Below are positions 29,801 through 40,229 of a DNA stretch of 64,000 nucleotides, in pieces. Position 1 is the first letter of the stretch. Each line of letters begins with the position of its first letter. Source of the stretch: a virus (Duplodnaviria; Caudoviricetes); the IMG/VR virus record IMGVR_UViG_3300025316_000016, positions 977-64,976 of that record, one strand, 5' to 3'. Position numbers and translations under genes: made by a program. The notes under the pieces are model-generated. The model was not told the origin of the DNA. It saw nothing but the letters and a program-made list of their open reading frames with translations, and did no database searches.

Positions 29801-32182
29801 TAATGTTGGTAGTGTTGTTGGTGATCCAGTATCAATTATTTTTGATATTGATTTTATATCTGAAACATATAAAGAGATTTTAGCTGCGTGAGCACCAACC
29901 GCTGTGATTTGTACTTGTCCGTTTGTTAAATCTACATTTGAAGTAGCGACAACAGTATTTGAAGTGCTTAATGCAGCACTATTTCCTATGACTAGATTTT
30001 TCGCTTTCAATACACCGTTAGTACCATCGGCACTAGTAACATTTACAGTAGATATAATGTTTACCGTTTTACCAGCATATCCAGCAGCAGTTATTGTTAG
30101 CTGTGTATTATTTTGAGTTACTGAAACAACAGCTGTACCGACATCAATATTCAATATTTGGTTAGTTGATGTGTCGATAAGTGTATAGTATGGTTTTATG
30201 TTGCCAGATGTTAATGTGCCAGACCCAATGAACGTTAGTGGTGTTCCTGTAGGTATAGTAATTGGACCAAGTACACCCGCACCAGAAAACGTTTTATTTC
30301 TCCAATTCTTAGTTGAAGTATATGATGATCCAGAAATCCCTGATACATATGGATTACCTATAGTAAACAACATTTCAGGATTTTGTGTACTTTCTAAAAT
30401 AGCATTACCTGTTACAATACCCGAAGTCTTTCCGAATGCTGTATTGATATTTGAATTTGCTGTTAGTACATATGATCCACCACCGACTGTTTGAACAACA
30501 GATTCAGCATTGGTGGAGTTCATGAACAAAGTAAATATTGATGTTGAATCTGGAGTAATTGTAAATGGTGAATTAACAACTACAGTTTTCACACCACCAA
30601 TAACGGTATATGAGTTTACTGTGCGGATGTCACCACTAGAACCACCAACACCACTAGTCAATGACAATTGCATGTTGTAGTATGCATTATTGGCAGTTGA
30701 GAATAGTGAACTTGAATCGTTTATTATGAATGTTGTATTAGATGTTGCTGATGAAACGCTACCAACTAGATTATTTCTAGAAATGCCACCAGTCAAGTAT
30801 GCTTTATAAACATACTGCAATGGTGATGCACTACCAGCATCATATACATATTGTAGGTTTCTTATGTTAGTAGTTCCTATCAGTGTTGATGCATATGTAT
30901 TTGCAGATGAACTAACAATGCTTGCTGAAGGTACGCAATGAACATCAACTCTAGGTTGTGTTGTTGTGTCGAAGAAACCATTGATAGTATCAACATAGAA
31001 ATAGTTACCATATGATATTGATACATCATTTGTTTGTATTGTTGAAGTAGATCTAGATCTGTCTGATGTCAATATAAGATTAGATTGATTTTCTATTCTA
31101 TATCCATGAACATATGCAACCCCTTTGCCAATATTCAAATCGTATTTATCAGCATCACCCAAAGAATTTGGTGCTGGTGTAAACTTAAATTGGTTTACAA
31201 TATAGTCGCCATTCGTTTCAAAGTCTCTCTTTGAAAAGTAATCATCTATCGCAGAATACACGGTTTGGTCTGTTTGCTTAACTACAGAACCTTTTACTAT
31301 TCGAACTAATTCTATGAATTGGTCATCATCACCGGTGGTAAGTTGTCTGTTTTCTAGTGCCAATGATATCTTGTATCTATCAGCACCTGGTGCTTGGAAG
31401 TTAGATGCACCAATAGCGGGATCTAACAAAGATATGTCGGTGGAACTATTAACAATAGATTCAGTTATGTTTAAACCAACTCTCATTGATGGTATTGAAT
31501 CATACGCATCAAGAACAATCGTTTGTGGTAAAACATTAACGAAGTTACCTACATTATAACTAGTATTAACACCAGCTTTCTGAATATCAGTATAACCATT
31601 AATAACATAATACACACCAGCAGAGATAGATGCGACCGAAGATGTACCAACAGAAGTAGTGTATTTGGTTAACACACTATTAATAGTTGCTGGCGGAGAA
31701 CCTATAGTTGTGCCAATGACTTTACCACCAACATATACAGACATACCATCATAAAAGTGCTGACCAGATTGGTATGAAATTACTAATGTTGGTAATAGTC
31801 CAGTCACCTTTCCAGTAGTTGCATCGATGGAAGATGAACCATAGTTTTGATTAGCTACTAGTATCGTGGCAATTATAACACCAAACTCATCAGAAACTAA
31901 CTGACCAGCTAACCCATCAATATTGATGTTTGTTCCAGCATATGTACTATTTAAAATAACATAATTACAATTAAGATTAGTAGTTACTTTACCACCAGAT
32001 ATGGGCGTGTTTTGGGAATATATTGCAGAAGCAAATTGTGTAATTTGGTTTTGAATAATAGTCTGAGACTGTGTTAATTCCCTTGCTTGAACCGAATATC
32101 CTGGTTGGAAAAGGATTCGGTGGTAGTTATCAGATGGATTAAAGTCATCAAAATATGGATAGTTATTAAAGTTCAATGCCAT
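26825..32182 (-). CDS. VrlC-like (DUF4815-type) large structural protein, N-terminal part, ending in a poly-Gly/IICT module
   Basis: NNYPYFDDF...RILFQPG.SVQARELTQSQ, APGADRYKISL, NLEYYTALS.LE, NRFKNGILVDDF; PA14-like segment; G8-TIICT tail. Confidence 0.88.
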   Translation of the reverse strand: MALNFNNYPYFDDFNPSDNYHRILFQPGYSVQARELTQSQTIIQNQITQFASAIYSQNTPISGGKVTTNLNCNYVILNSTYAGTNINIDGLAGQLVSDEFGVIIATILVANQNYGSSSIDATTGKVTGLLPTLVISYQSGQHFYDGMSVYVGGKVIGTTIGSPPATINSVLTKYTTSVGTSSVASISAGVYYVINGYTDIQKAGVNTSYNVGNFVNVLPQTIVLDAYDSIPSMRVGLNITESIVNSSTDISLLDPAIGASNFQAPGADRYKISLALENRQLTTGDDDQFIELVRIVKGSVVKQTDQTVYSAIDDYFSKRDFETNGDYIVNQFKFTPAPNSLGDADKYDLNIGKGVAYVHGYRIENQSNLILTSDRSRSTSTIQTNDVSISYGNYFYVDTINGFFDTTTQPRVDVHCVPSASIVSSSANTYASTLIGTTNIRNLQYVYDAGSASPLQYVYKAYLTGGISRNNLVGSVSSATSNTTFIINDSSSLFSTANNAYYNMQLSLTSGVGGSSGDIRTVNSYTVIGGVKTVVVNSPFTITPDSTSIFTLFMNSTNAESVVQTVGGGSYVLTANSNINTAFGKTSGIVTGNAILESTQNPEMLFTIGNPYVSGISGSSYTSTKNWRNKTFSGAGVLGPITIPTGTPLTFIGSGTLTSGNIKPYYTLIDTSTNQILNIDVGTAVVSVTQNNTQLTITAAGYAGKTVNIISTVNVTSADGTNGVLKAKNLVIGNSAALSTSNTVVATSNVDLTNGQVQITAVGAHAAKISLYVSDIKSISKIIDTGSPTTLPTLDMLTSKAFDVTAQYLLDNGQRDSFYDHASISLMPGAATARGILVVVFDRYAHTGGGAGDGYFSVLSYTSTNGGISSNPEQYNNIPSYTAKSGKVYSLADSLDFRPVRASAQSNGTFEYALSTASDGGVLLPTDLSQFQSTYSYYLARKDILILSKDKSFQIIEGTPSTNPIFPSEPVGALVLAKLELEPYTAYIPGENPSGTRSNLSINTIPHNRWAKSDITDLQSRVNNLEYYTALSVLEQNAHSLQIPDANGFNRFKNGILVDDFSSYSTADTGNMDFTSNINIRTQKLSPITLVDNFQLQNPIVLASLGTVTGTNTFAINSIKGTHSNIYTLPYTANNIIVQQLASSTVSLNPFAVTIYQGTAELYPPMDNWVDTTQNPAILSANPGMQVSQQTNGVNVINAGDFAIIPGTTSSTTSTASNSVTNHGAFNGIFGGQVGYTATTTTTSTYSSVLSNISNSIPASTSLNVNNGYLTNISILPYIRPQQIGLNVSGLLINTPISTWFDGTNIDRYISSCETIELANVVGTGEFSAGDIVGTYVSPNFKPIARVEGVYNYPGTTNVRLYVSTVLGSPTYSTSTSIQNGQYDASGSYSGTTASGSLTVGVSPIHTGGQVTAVGGTYTLNGAGTTGSIYQVQDPNDWCSFLNQYGVWGDLNQSATYSASFTVNFPVAGNYTFGNAVDNSAIVYLNGTQIINNNSGSSFTSPIYPVIYVAAGDHTISWTATNTGGPAGFALTIKDPSSNMIFSSTNPPGITYNNNNIAGAVELVMPLGGAWFTGVRAIALDQNSSSINGYYNGAEINVTSKYVYQYTLNTATYVAPAPPVASWGGGGGGGGTIICTKLFELGLLDKRIYDADAAFGKMVFENNPKVYEGYIRWASIVVDWMNGSGPDIMFWIKDDERRKSTQQEMVTRWTQRIATPWAEHMAYKMGAIEKDNKLGKFIMAVGFPVCKVANLLINNKKPGILVGYGMWVLFSVLYSISTLFQKENK

Positions 32183-32258
32183 TATAGTTATACCTTTTTA
32201 AGTCTTTGTTGTCATCTACCCAATTAAAATTCCGAGAATAGACCGCTATGTTTTATAT

Positions 32259-32266
32259 TATTTATA
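32259..32266 (-). promoter_or_regulatory. T4-type late promoter TATAAATA
   Basis: Exact match between gp8 and the VrlC-like gene. Confidence 0.8.
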
Positions 32267-32276
32267 TCACCGAAAT

Positions 32277-33662
32277 TTAGAACGATAGCACAAATTTGAA
32301 CTGTTCAATTCCATCGTTGCTTCTTTGTATTCCTGGTCTATTCTCTATATATGATATATATCCAGACTGTGGTACGAAGTTTGTTGGGTTCGTGTTTAAT
32401 AGCGTCCTGACACAGCCAGAGGTTGTACCAAATACAGGAAGATTTTCTATTGGTGTTCCGGTTATATTTATGACACTGATTACGTTAGTTGATAACATAA
32501 AGTCTAGCATTGTGGCAGAGAAAGTTACTGCTCCACTAGTGTCTACTTGATATATTATTTCATCATTAAGATAAGTACCAGCACCTTGAGCTACAATTAG
32601 ATCGGTCGATATCTTGTATATTGATTGAGTACCTGTTGATAAAGATGTAGTTGATGTTGTGTCAACTGGATTTGTCAACAGTCCAACTTGTCTATATGCA
32701 ACATCTGTTGGTATAGTACCACCCTCACTCCCATTGAACGTACATGTGTACATTATGTAGCAGCATCCTAATTCCGCAATTGGATCATTGCCATGACCAC
32801 CAACAGGAGATATTGGTGCTATGATAGTTGCACTAGAACCGCCTGTACCAATCGTTGGTGATACAGAAACTGTTGCTGTCGTATAATTAGCCCCAGGATC
32901 GTTCATAATGACATCAGTTATAGCACCATTAGACAAGTTTACAAATGCTGACGCACCAGTTCCATCTCCTGTGATAGTAACTGTTGGTGGTGTTGTTGCT
33001 GAATATCCAGTACCACCAAACGTGACATTAATCACATCTATGCTACCATATCCAGGAGTTGTTAATAATGGGTCATTAAGATCAGATGAATTATTGCCAA
33101 TAGGAACAGGCATCCACGAAGAGTCCATGAAATTGATCTGTGCTCCAGTATCTATGCTATAGAGATATTTCCATTTATAGCCGTCAGCACTAGTGTAAAT
33201 GTTGTTTATTCCATACGCACCTGGTTGGAACATGGGTTCATTTATCGAATACCCACCATTGTTGTTCCACAAGCATTTGAATACCTGATTATAGCTATTG
33301 TTGACATAGAAGTTATATACATTATATCCATTAGCATCCTTGGCATTGATATTAACGGTATCTGAGTAGTAATCATATATAGTGTTTGCTGTCCAGTTAT
33401 TCCTTCTTATTACTGGACTCATATCAGATGAATCGATTCGTTTAGCCACAAACATATTCTTACACACACTCTTAAGGTATGCTGGAGAGTCTACTGGCAC
33501 TTCTGGTGCTAAATCATTAGCCCACGAATCTGTTCTTGATAGGAAGCAATATGTGGAAGTTATCACGTTAGTAGATCCTAGCACAACAGATACTGGTGCG
33601 TAGTATGCTTGATCTACTAGAGATACTTTTGCATAAGCCGTTAATATATTTTGATTAGCCAT
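32277..33662 (-). CDS. gp8: Baseplate wedge subunit
   Basis: VFKCLWNN, DGYKWKYLY, GGHGNDPIAELG, YRQVGLL.NP, YIENR..IQR...E.FK.VL.F. Confidence 0.92.
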   Translation of the reverse strand: MANQNILTAYAKVSLVDQAYYAPVSVVLGSTNVITSTYCFLSRTDSWANDLAPEVPVDSPAYLKSVCKNMFVAKRIDSSDMSPVIRRNNWTANTIYDYYSDTVNINAKDANGYNVYNFYVNNSYNQVFKCLWNNNGGYSINEPMFQPGAYGINNIYTSADGYKWKYLYSIDTGAQINFMDSSWMPVPIGNNSSDLNDPLLTTPGYGSIDVINVTFGGTGYSATTPPTVTITGDGTGASAFVNLSNGAITDVIMNDPGANYTTATVSVSPTIGTGGSSATIIAPISPVGGHGNDPIAELGCCYIMYTCTFNGSEGGTIPTDVAYRQVGLLTNPVDTTSTTSLSTGTQSIYKISTDLIVAQGAGTYLNDEIIYQVDTSGAVTFSATMLDFMLSTNVISVINITGTPIENLPVFGTTSGCVRTLLNTNPTNFVPQSGYISYIENRPGIQRSNDGIEQFKFVLSF

Positions 33663-33681
33663 ATTGTATTTCTCTGTTATT

Positions 33682-36600
33682 TTAAGCAGGGTTATAAATT
33701 GTTACATTAGAACTTGTTGCAACCAAAGTTTTGTTTACTGACAACAATGAAACCACATTGCTTGATATGTTTGTAGTTATTACAATAGTATTACTAGTAA
33801 CACCAGATACCGTTAACGCTGAATTATTAGCTATTAATACCTTGTCACCGACATTAACAATATCCGTAATTGGACTATTGGTATTAGTGTATATGCCATT
33901 ATTTATAATGTTATAAGAATTGGTTATGGAAGTAATGTGAATGACATTACTGCCAGCATTAGCAGTTATGTTAGCCACATTAGCTATATTCACCCAAGTT
34001 CTATTAGATAGAGTGATCGCTGTATTAGAATTTGATGTGATCCCAGTAACCATACCTGATATTTTGGTTCCGTTATCACATACAATACTTAATGTGGTTT
34101 GATTAGGTATTATGTAAGTATTTGCATTTGGTATCAATATGTTCACGGTATTGCTACTTATTGATACATTAGACACATTAGCAGACATAGAAGTTATTGT
34201 ATCATTATTTCCTGTATAATGCTGTAATGTTTTACCTGTACTTAAGTAGTCTGACGCACCAAAATTTACAGATGCATTGGAACTCATTGCGCATCTACCA
34301 ACTACTCTCATTCCTGTTGGATGTAGTAGATTAAGCAATGTTGTTCTGTACTTGGCTATCTCTTTATCTAGTGTTATCTGATAGGTGAACGTGTTATAAT
34401 CTTTGCTTTGTAGAACATTGAACGAACTCAGTTGTCCGGAAGTATCTAAATACTGACCATTTCCTATAGTTAAACCATTCAAGAAGATAGAATTTGCCTT
34501 TGCTAATCCGTCTCCGTATATGATTATACCTGGGTTAACTGGATTATTGAATCTGTTGAAATCCAACCCAACAAATGTATTCTTTACAGCAACATCTAAC
34601 TCATTGATAACTAAACTACCAACCAAATTCATCGAAATGCTCTTGTCTGATACCAGTAATGGACCAGAAGCTGGATTTGATGTATAGTTATAGACTCTGA
34701 CAATATGTGTAGTTGCAGTAAAATCGTTAGTGTTTGATATCGCTGGATATATAGAATCTACATATGCGACATAATGTGCGGTTTGTAGGTCGTCCCCTTG
34801 ATATACAACATCGCCTCTTTGGGGAAGCTGTGATTGATTTGGTCCTAACAATCCATTGACCAGAATATCTTGTACCCTTAGTGATATAGATGGTGCTGAC
34901 ACATAATCTTCGCCATAGTCACTGATGTTTATTTGTGTGATAGTACCAACGCCATTATATATTGGAGTTAGTATAGCACCCGATCCTAATATACCAGGAA
35001 CAACTAATACAGCATTTGCTGCATATGTATTTGCTGACGATACCCTTAATACTGGCAACCCAGAGCTTAGTTTATATCCACCAGCAGCAATTATGGTATT
35101 GATGACATTAGTATTGGCAATATTTTGTGTTGGGTAAACTGTGCCTATGGTATATCCATTGCCACCCATTGAAATGATACCATTCGCGGTATATCCGACT
35201 GAAGTGATGATGCCACTAGTAGTCACATTGGTTACATATGCATTAGCACCGTATCCAGTTCCACCAAGAATATTAATCTTATCATTAACCCTATAACCAG
35301 TACCACCAGATATTATTTGTATCGGTGATAGTATTCCCATATTGGCAAGGCTTGCTAATATTGGTGGTGTGATAGATGTATTTGCGTTAGTGCCGTAAAC
35401 AGATCGCGCTGTTACTGCTGGTAATATGTCTCCACTGATACCACCACCACCGTTATCAACAACTACTGACGCAAGGTATCCTGTATTGAATGATGTAAAA
35501 GTGAAAGCGTTGGCTAAAGTAGTGTTCCAGTTTGCTGAAGTATTATTTGCAAACACACTATGATAACTCAATAAATTTGACGAATTGCCGATAGGAATAG
35601 TATTGGCTAAAGTGGCAAGTATAGTAGTCCCTGGAGCACCATACATTGGGATACTATCAGTAGGTATGAACGTGACTGTAGATTTACTACTTGGTGTTTG
35701 TGCAATATCACCAGCATGTGCTATAGCACCACCAGAATTAGCAGAGATAACGATCATTGTGTTTGCGTTGCCTGATGTAGTTATGATCGAACTATTAGCA
35801 TATCCATATCCACCATTAACAACAATGATCTTCTGAATTGAACCTAAAGTTGTCTGACCAACAGTTGCTGTCGCACCATGACCATGTGGGGTATTCAATC
35901 CACCAAAAGCAATTACTGGATCACCAGCATATCCGGTCACTGTGTTAGCAGCCCCATATTTGGTTCCTTGATTCTTTGGGTCAAGTTTAATCTGACTAAT
36001 TTGTCCTAGTATTTTTGCGCGTAATGGTTTATTATTGTTTCCTGGTACCAATACGTCTTCGTTATTACCATCAACTATTCTAACATATTCACCAGACACA
36101 AACAGTCTTTCTATATTAGACAGGAACACTTCCATTCTGGTTCCGCTTAGTATAACATTCTCAACTGTCGCTATGGTCTGAGAGGTTTCACCAAACACTC
36201 TGAGATTTTTTGTTTGCAGGAAGTTTTCATTGACGTATCCGTGCGGAAGATATACCGATGCACCAGAAATATCTAATACTCCTGTTGGCACATTGTCTGA
36301 TATAAATGAAAACGATGTCAAAGAGGGTATTGCAGAAACTATCCATGAACCATTAGGTGCATTTGTGCCAGTTACTCCAGACACCACCACAGTATCACCA
36401 ACCGCTAGATAATGTGATATAACTGTAGTTATTGATATATTATTACTGGTGTTTATATATGCATTGCTTGATGGTGATATGCTTGAAATGTATATCACAT
36501 CTGTTGACAACTTAATACTTTTCGTGACATACCATTGTCCCGATGATGCTTTAAGTGTCACATCATTGGTATTAAGGAAATCCACATCGGAATTGTATAG

Positions 36601-36948
36601 TATCCTGAACAACATTTTATATGATGCAGGAGTTCCCTTAGATTGGTATAGTTGCTTCGCTAATTTAACTACTTCTGTTTTATTCACCAATATATCTGTC
36701 GGGAAATATGATAGGAAGTCGTTATAGAAATACTGTATAAATTCTGTTGTTGTCTGATCTATGTCTTTGTATTTTAACAGATTCTTTGTCTGTTCTGTTA
36801 CATTACCATTCAGCTCTAACCATTCATAGTATGCTTGCAGGAACAATACAAAATTTGAATATGAGGGATCGTCCCTAATGTATTCAGGTAGTTGTGAAGG
36901 TATTAGAAGACTTGTTAGACTATGATTAGTTATCGTGTTTGCTATCAT
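33682..36948 (-). CDS. gp7: Baseplate wedge initiator, gp7-like
   Basis: SQLPEYIR...FLQAYYEWLE, LYQSKGT..SYKMLFRILYN, LLHPTGM; lies between gp6 and gp8. Confidence 0.8.
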   Translation of the reverse strand: MIANTITNHSLTSLLIPSQLPEYIRDDPSYSNFVLFLQAYYEWLELNGNVTEQTKNLLKYKDIDQTTTEFIQYFYNDFLSYFPTDILVNKTEVVKLAKQLYQSKGTPASYKMLFRILYNSDVDFLNTNDVTLKASSGQWYVTKSIKLSTDVIYISSISPSSNAYINTSNNISITTVISHYLAVGDTVVVSGVTGTNAPNGSWIVSAIPSLTSFSFISDNVPTGVLDISGASVYLPHGYVNENFLQTKNLRVFGETSQTIATVENVILSGTRMEVFLSNIERLFVSGEYVRIVDGNNEDVLVPGNNNKPLRAKILGQISQIKLDPKNQGTKYGAANTVTGYAGDPVIAFGGLNTPHGHGATATVGQTTLGSIQKIIVVNGGYGYANSSIITTSGNANTMIVISANSGGAIAHAGDIAQTPSSKSTVTFIPTDSIPMYGAPGTTILATLANTIPIGNSSNLLSYHSVFANNTSANWNTTLANAFTFTSFNTGYLASVVVDNGGGGISGDILPAVTARSVYGTNANTSITPPILASLANMGILSPIQIISGGTGYRVNDKINILGGTGYGANAYVTNVTTSGIITSVGYTANGIISMGGNGYTIGTVYPTQNIANTNVINTIIAAGGYKLSSGLPVLRVSSANTYAANAVLVVPGILGSGAILTPIYNGVGTITQINISDYGEDYVSAPSISLRVQDILVNGLLGPNQSQLPQRGDVVYQGDDLQTAHYVAYVDSIYPAISNTNDFTATTHIVRVYNYTSNPASGPLLVSDKSISMNLVGSLVINELDVAVKNTFVGLDFNRFNNPVNPGIIIYGDGLAKANSIFLNGLTIGNGQYLDTSGQLSSFNVLQSKDYNTFTYQITLDKEIAKYRTTLLNLLHPTGMRVVGRCAMSSNASVNFGASDYLSTGKTLQHYTGNNDTITSMSANVSNVSISSNTVNILIPNANTYIIPNQTTLSIVCDNGTKISGMVTGITSNSNTAITLSNRTWVNIANVANITANAGSNVIHITSITNSYNIINNGIYTNTNSPITDIVNVGDKVLIANNSALTVSGVTSNTIVITTNISSNVVSLLSVNKTLVATSSNVTIYNPA

Positions 36949-39026
36949 GTTTTAGCTACTATATTAACGGTGATTGCAGATGGATCAAAAGGATCTATAG
37001 TGATAATTCTATTAAATGTGGATGAAATGATAGTCGAGACTGGATTAACAGTTATTTTAAGATCCCCGAACACGTTATCAACACCAACAGGGGCGAAGTT
37101 ATTCAACTGTACCACACCATTAACATAATCAATGGTACCAGCATTAGCATTCAGTACTGTTTTCACTAGGTCCGAGTTTATGTAATATGTTCTTAGTGTA
37201 CCAAGAGCACCTTGCAATGATACCACACCAACCGCCAATTTACCAGTGGTATCGTTTGATTGGTTTGTAAAGGACACGATTGCTGATGTGTAACCTATTC
37301 CAGCTGAGTCAATTACAATTGAATGCACACTACCATTACCTGATAGTATTGCGTGTGCTGTTGCTCCGGTACCATCACCCAATATCTTCACAAGTGGTGC
37401 TGCTGTGTATTGCATACCTGGATTTATCATCAATATAGAATCTACTCCATTAGACATCACAGGAACTTCTTCAATAAACACTCCATTAATTATATTAGAA
37501 TAACTAGTAGGATCAACAAATTTCATTGATGGTGAGCTTGTTACCCCACTAGACAGAATACCTTTAGATAATGATGTATCAAAGTTTAATGTGTAATTTT
37601 GACCAACAGTTAAATTTGGATATATCTTCTTCTGTATCTTTATACTAATATCATCTGATATGATTGATGGATCTGTATCTATGACACACATAGAAAATCC
37701 ATATGAACTAAATGTTGAATTGAACGTATTTAACGTGTTTGCTGCACACAAACCAATAGCATCCACACAGCCTAGTTGTAATTGTTGTGATGTTAGAGGT
37801 GTCTTTCCTGGTGAATATAGAACATCGGCAGTCAGCATTATGTATGTGTAGTCTGGATCAACAATAGTAGGTTTTACTGTCATAACACTAATAGGATTAA
37901 TTACCCTAGAGATGATCATATTCTTTTGTGTATCGGTAATATTATATGCTCCGGCAGGTTTTAGTGATATAAACACTTTACCATATACAGGAACATCATT
38001 TTCCTCACCACCCCAAACACTAACTGCATCAAATGTGATACCTAGTTTGTTTTGCTGAATTGCTGTTATGTAATCATCTTTAGTAACAGCTCTGCCCTGT
38101 GCAGAGAATGCTTTTGGTGCTTGAAATTTTATGGACGAAATTGACTCATGTGCTGAACCATTGGTAGCTTCTGCTATTGGAAATACACTAGTATTAGCAT
38201 ATCCACCCAGAGGTTGCATCAGGGTGAAATTGTTAGCACCTTGTGCAGATTTGCCGTGTGTTGAAATGTAGTCAACATTGATTATGTTACCGGTAGTCAA
38301 CATCTTACCTAAAATGCCATCCCCAAAATATATTTGGTAATTACCAGAAGAACCTTCCTGTACAAAGTACACCATAGACGTGCCATCTAGGGTAAGATAA
38401 TTAGCTGATATTTCAAACACTTGCTCGTATGTATTTGTGTTTGATTGCTGTACAGTAACCAATAATGAAGATACATCAATATTAGCATCTGGTATATCAA
38501 ACATAAGATTTGGATTTGCTACTGTATCTACTACAAACGAATACTTATTGTGTACACCTTGCTTTAACATCACATTACTAAATGTTACTGTTCCAGATAC
38601 TGTATTGTTTGATGTAGCATCTTCTGTTAAGAATGTGTAGTTGACACCATTGATGGCGCGAGAAACGAATTGAGTATATTTGTCTAGTGTTAGTGATGTA
38701 TCTGTTACTCCATAAACCACTAGATCGATGATAGCAGTTGGTGCTACCGCTGATTGTGGTGTGTAACCCAGTAATTTTGCTTGAGAAACAACAGAACTTC
38801 TTTGCAACGCTGTATCTAGGAACATCTCATTAGCAACCATGTTCAAATAGTATGCGTTGTACTGAGTGTTTAGTGCTAGTACGTCTAATAGAACAGATAA
38901 CCCAGAGCCAGCAAAATTATAATCCTTGAATACTGCTTGCTGTGATAAGAAGTTAGATAAACTGTGTTTGATATCAACAAAATCCAAACCTGCCATAGAT
39001 ACTGTTGTATTGCTTGTAGAACCCAT
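36945..39026 (-). CDS. gp6: Baseplate wedge subunit
   Basis: LDFVDIK..L, DYNFAGSGLSVLLDVLA.NT, NEMFLDTA..RSSVVS.AK.LGY, QGRAVTKDDY. Confidence 0.96.
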   Translation of the reverse strand: MGSTSNTTVSMAGLDFVDIKHSLSNFLSQQAVFKDYNFAGSGLSVLLDVLALNTQYNAYYLNMVANEMFLDTALQRSSVVSQAKLLGYTPQSAVAPTAIIDLVVYGVTDTSLTLDKYTQFVSRAINGVNYTFLTEDATSNNTVSGTVTFSNVMLKQGVHNKYSFVVDTVANPNLMFDIPDANIDVSSLLVTVQQSNTNTYEQVFEISANYLTLDGTSMVYFVQEGSSGNYQIYFGDGILGKMLTTGNIINVDYISTHGKSAQGANNFTLMQPLGGYANTSVFPIAEATNGSAHESISSIKFQAPKAFSAQGRAVTKDDYITAIQQNKLGITFDAVSVWGGEENDVPVYGKVFISLKPAGAYNITDTQKNMIISRVINPISVMTVKPTIVDPDYTYIMLTADVLYSPGKTPLTSQQLQLGCVDAIGLCAANTLNTFNSTFSSYGFSMCVIDTDPSIISDDISIKIQKKIYPNLTVGQNYTLNFDTSLSKGILSSGVTSSPSMKFVDPTSYSNIINGVFIEEVPVMSNGVDSILMINPGMQYTAAPLVKILGDGTGATAHAILSGNGSVHSIVIDSAGIGYTSAIVSFTNQSNDTTGKLAVGVVSLQGALGTLRTYYINSDLVKTVLNANAGTIDYVNGVVQLNNFAPVGVDNVFGDLKITVNPVSTIISSTFNRIITIDPFDPSAITVNIVAKT

Positions 39027-39418
39027 TATCTGCTCCTCTCTAATAGAATGTTCACCGCAGAGGGTGCTGTGTTGTTACCTATGTAAAATGACAGATTCAC
39101 ATGAAATGCGTTTGCGTCTGGTATAGCTACTACCTGAACATTCTCTATAGTTGCTCGTGGTTCGTAGTTGTTTATTACATTAGTTATTTCTGTTTCTATT
39201 GAACTTGCAGTGATTGCACTGATAGGTTCAAATAATAAAGCGTTTAAATTAGAACCAAGTGTTGGTTGAAATGGTCGCTCATAGTAATTGGTCATCAATA
39301 GATTTCGTACAGAACGAATGACCGACTGTTCATCGTAACTTATAGAAACATCGCCCGTAGCAGGTGATGCGGTAAAAGTTAAGTCTAAATCTGAATATAT
39401 TTTTTGTAATGTGGCCAT
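39026..39418 (-). CDS. gp25: Baseplate wedge subunit
   Basis: YSDLDLTF, SVRNLLMTNYYERPFQP, NYEPRA. Confidence 0.95.
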   Translation of the reverse strand: MATLQKIYSDLDLTFTASPATGDVSISYDEQSVIRSVRNLLMTNYYERPFQPTLGSNLNALLFEPISAITASSIETEITNVINNYEPRATIENVQVVAIPDANAFHVNLSFYIGNNTAPSAVNILLERSR

Positions 39419-39425
39419 GTTCTAT

Positions 39426-40229
39426 TTATGCTGCGTTAGGTGCACCAGTATTACCGCCTTGGGCATCTGGGTGAGTATGGTTATCGAGACTTATTTTATT
39501 TGCTATCATGTCACCACCAGAAGTAACTGTAGTACCGACAGTGACAGCACTACCAACACTAGTATTTACCGCAACTGATGCATTTCTCCCAACAACTAAA
39601 TCTATATTAGCTACCACGTTTTGGTTAGCAACAACATTACTTTGAGTTAATATATTGCCAGTAGTTGATAGGTCGCCTATCTGATTTACCGGACCAATGA
39701 AGTTGAATGATGTTGCTTGTGCGGTGAATATTCCACCCACTTTCATAAGCATGTTTCCACCAACCTCCCACTCTACATCACCATCAACTTGTATCTTTGC
39801 ATCACCCTGAACATATATCTTAACATCGCCTTGTATAGTTTCTTGACTATCACCAAGTATGTAAATACTGTTATCCTGTACAACTACCTTAAAATTGTTG
39901 TTCATCACCTTTTCGGTCATAGAACCATCAGGACCAATTTCTTGAAAAGTTCCTGTCCTATGTGCTATATTTATTCGCTCACTTCCTGGGGTATCATCCA
40001 GTTCAAACACATGACCAGAAGGAGTTGTCTGTGCATTGTTGTATGGATACACAGCATCATATGGCGAGTCTGGTTGACTAAATGTGTTGTTCGGGTTAAT
40101 TACAGCATCTAACTCATTAGACTTTAGCTTGTAATTCTTCTTGTTCGTCACGATTTCTGTCAAAATAGCACCTTGTGCTAATGATGATTCGAACGCCATT
40201 TGTAAATCTTGTATTGTTGGGGTGCTCAT
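39426..40229 (-). CDS. gp5: Central spike, C-terminal part (beta-helix plus HxH apex)
   Basis: YPYN...SGHVFELDDTPGSERI...HRTGTF.EI.PDG; (V/I)xGD repeats; ends LDNHTHPDAQGGNTGAP. Confidence 0.85.
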   Translation of the reverse strand: MSTPTIQDLQMAFESSLAQGAILTEIVTNKKNYKLKSNELDAVINPNNTFSQPDSPYDAVYPYNNAQTTPSGHVFELDDTPGSERINIAHRTGTFQEIGPDGSMTEKVMNNNFKVVVQDNSIYILGDSQETIQGDVKIYVQGDAKIQVDGDVEWEVGGNMLMKVGGIFTAQATSFNFIGPVNQIGDLSTTGNILTQSNVVANQNVVANIDLVVGRNASVAVNTSVGSAVTVGTTVTSGGDMIANKISLDNHTHPDAQGGNTGAPNAA

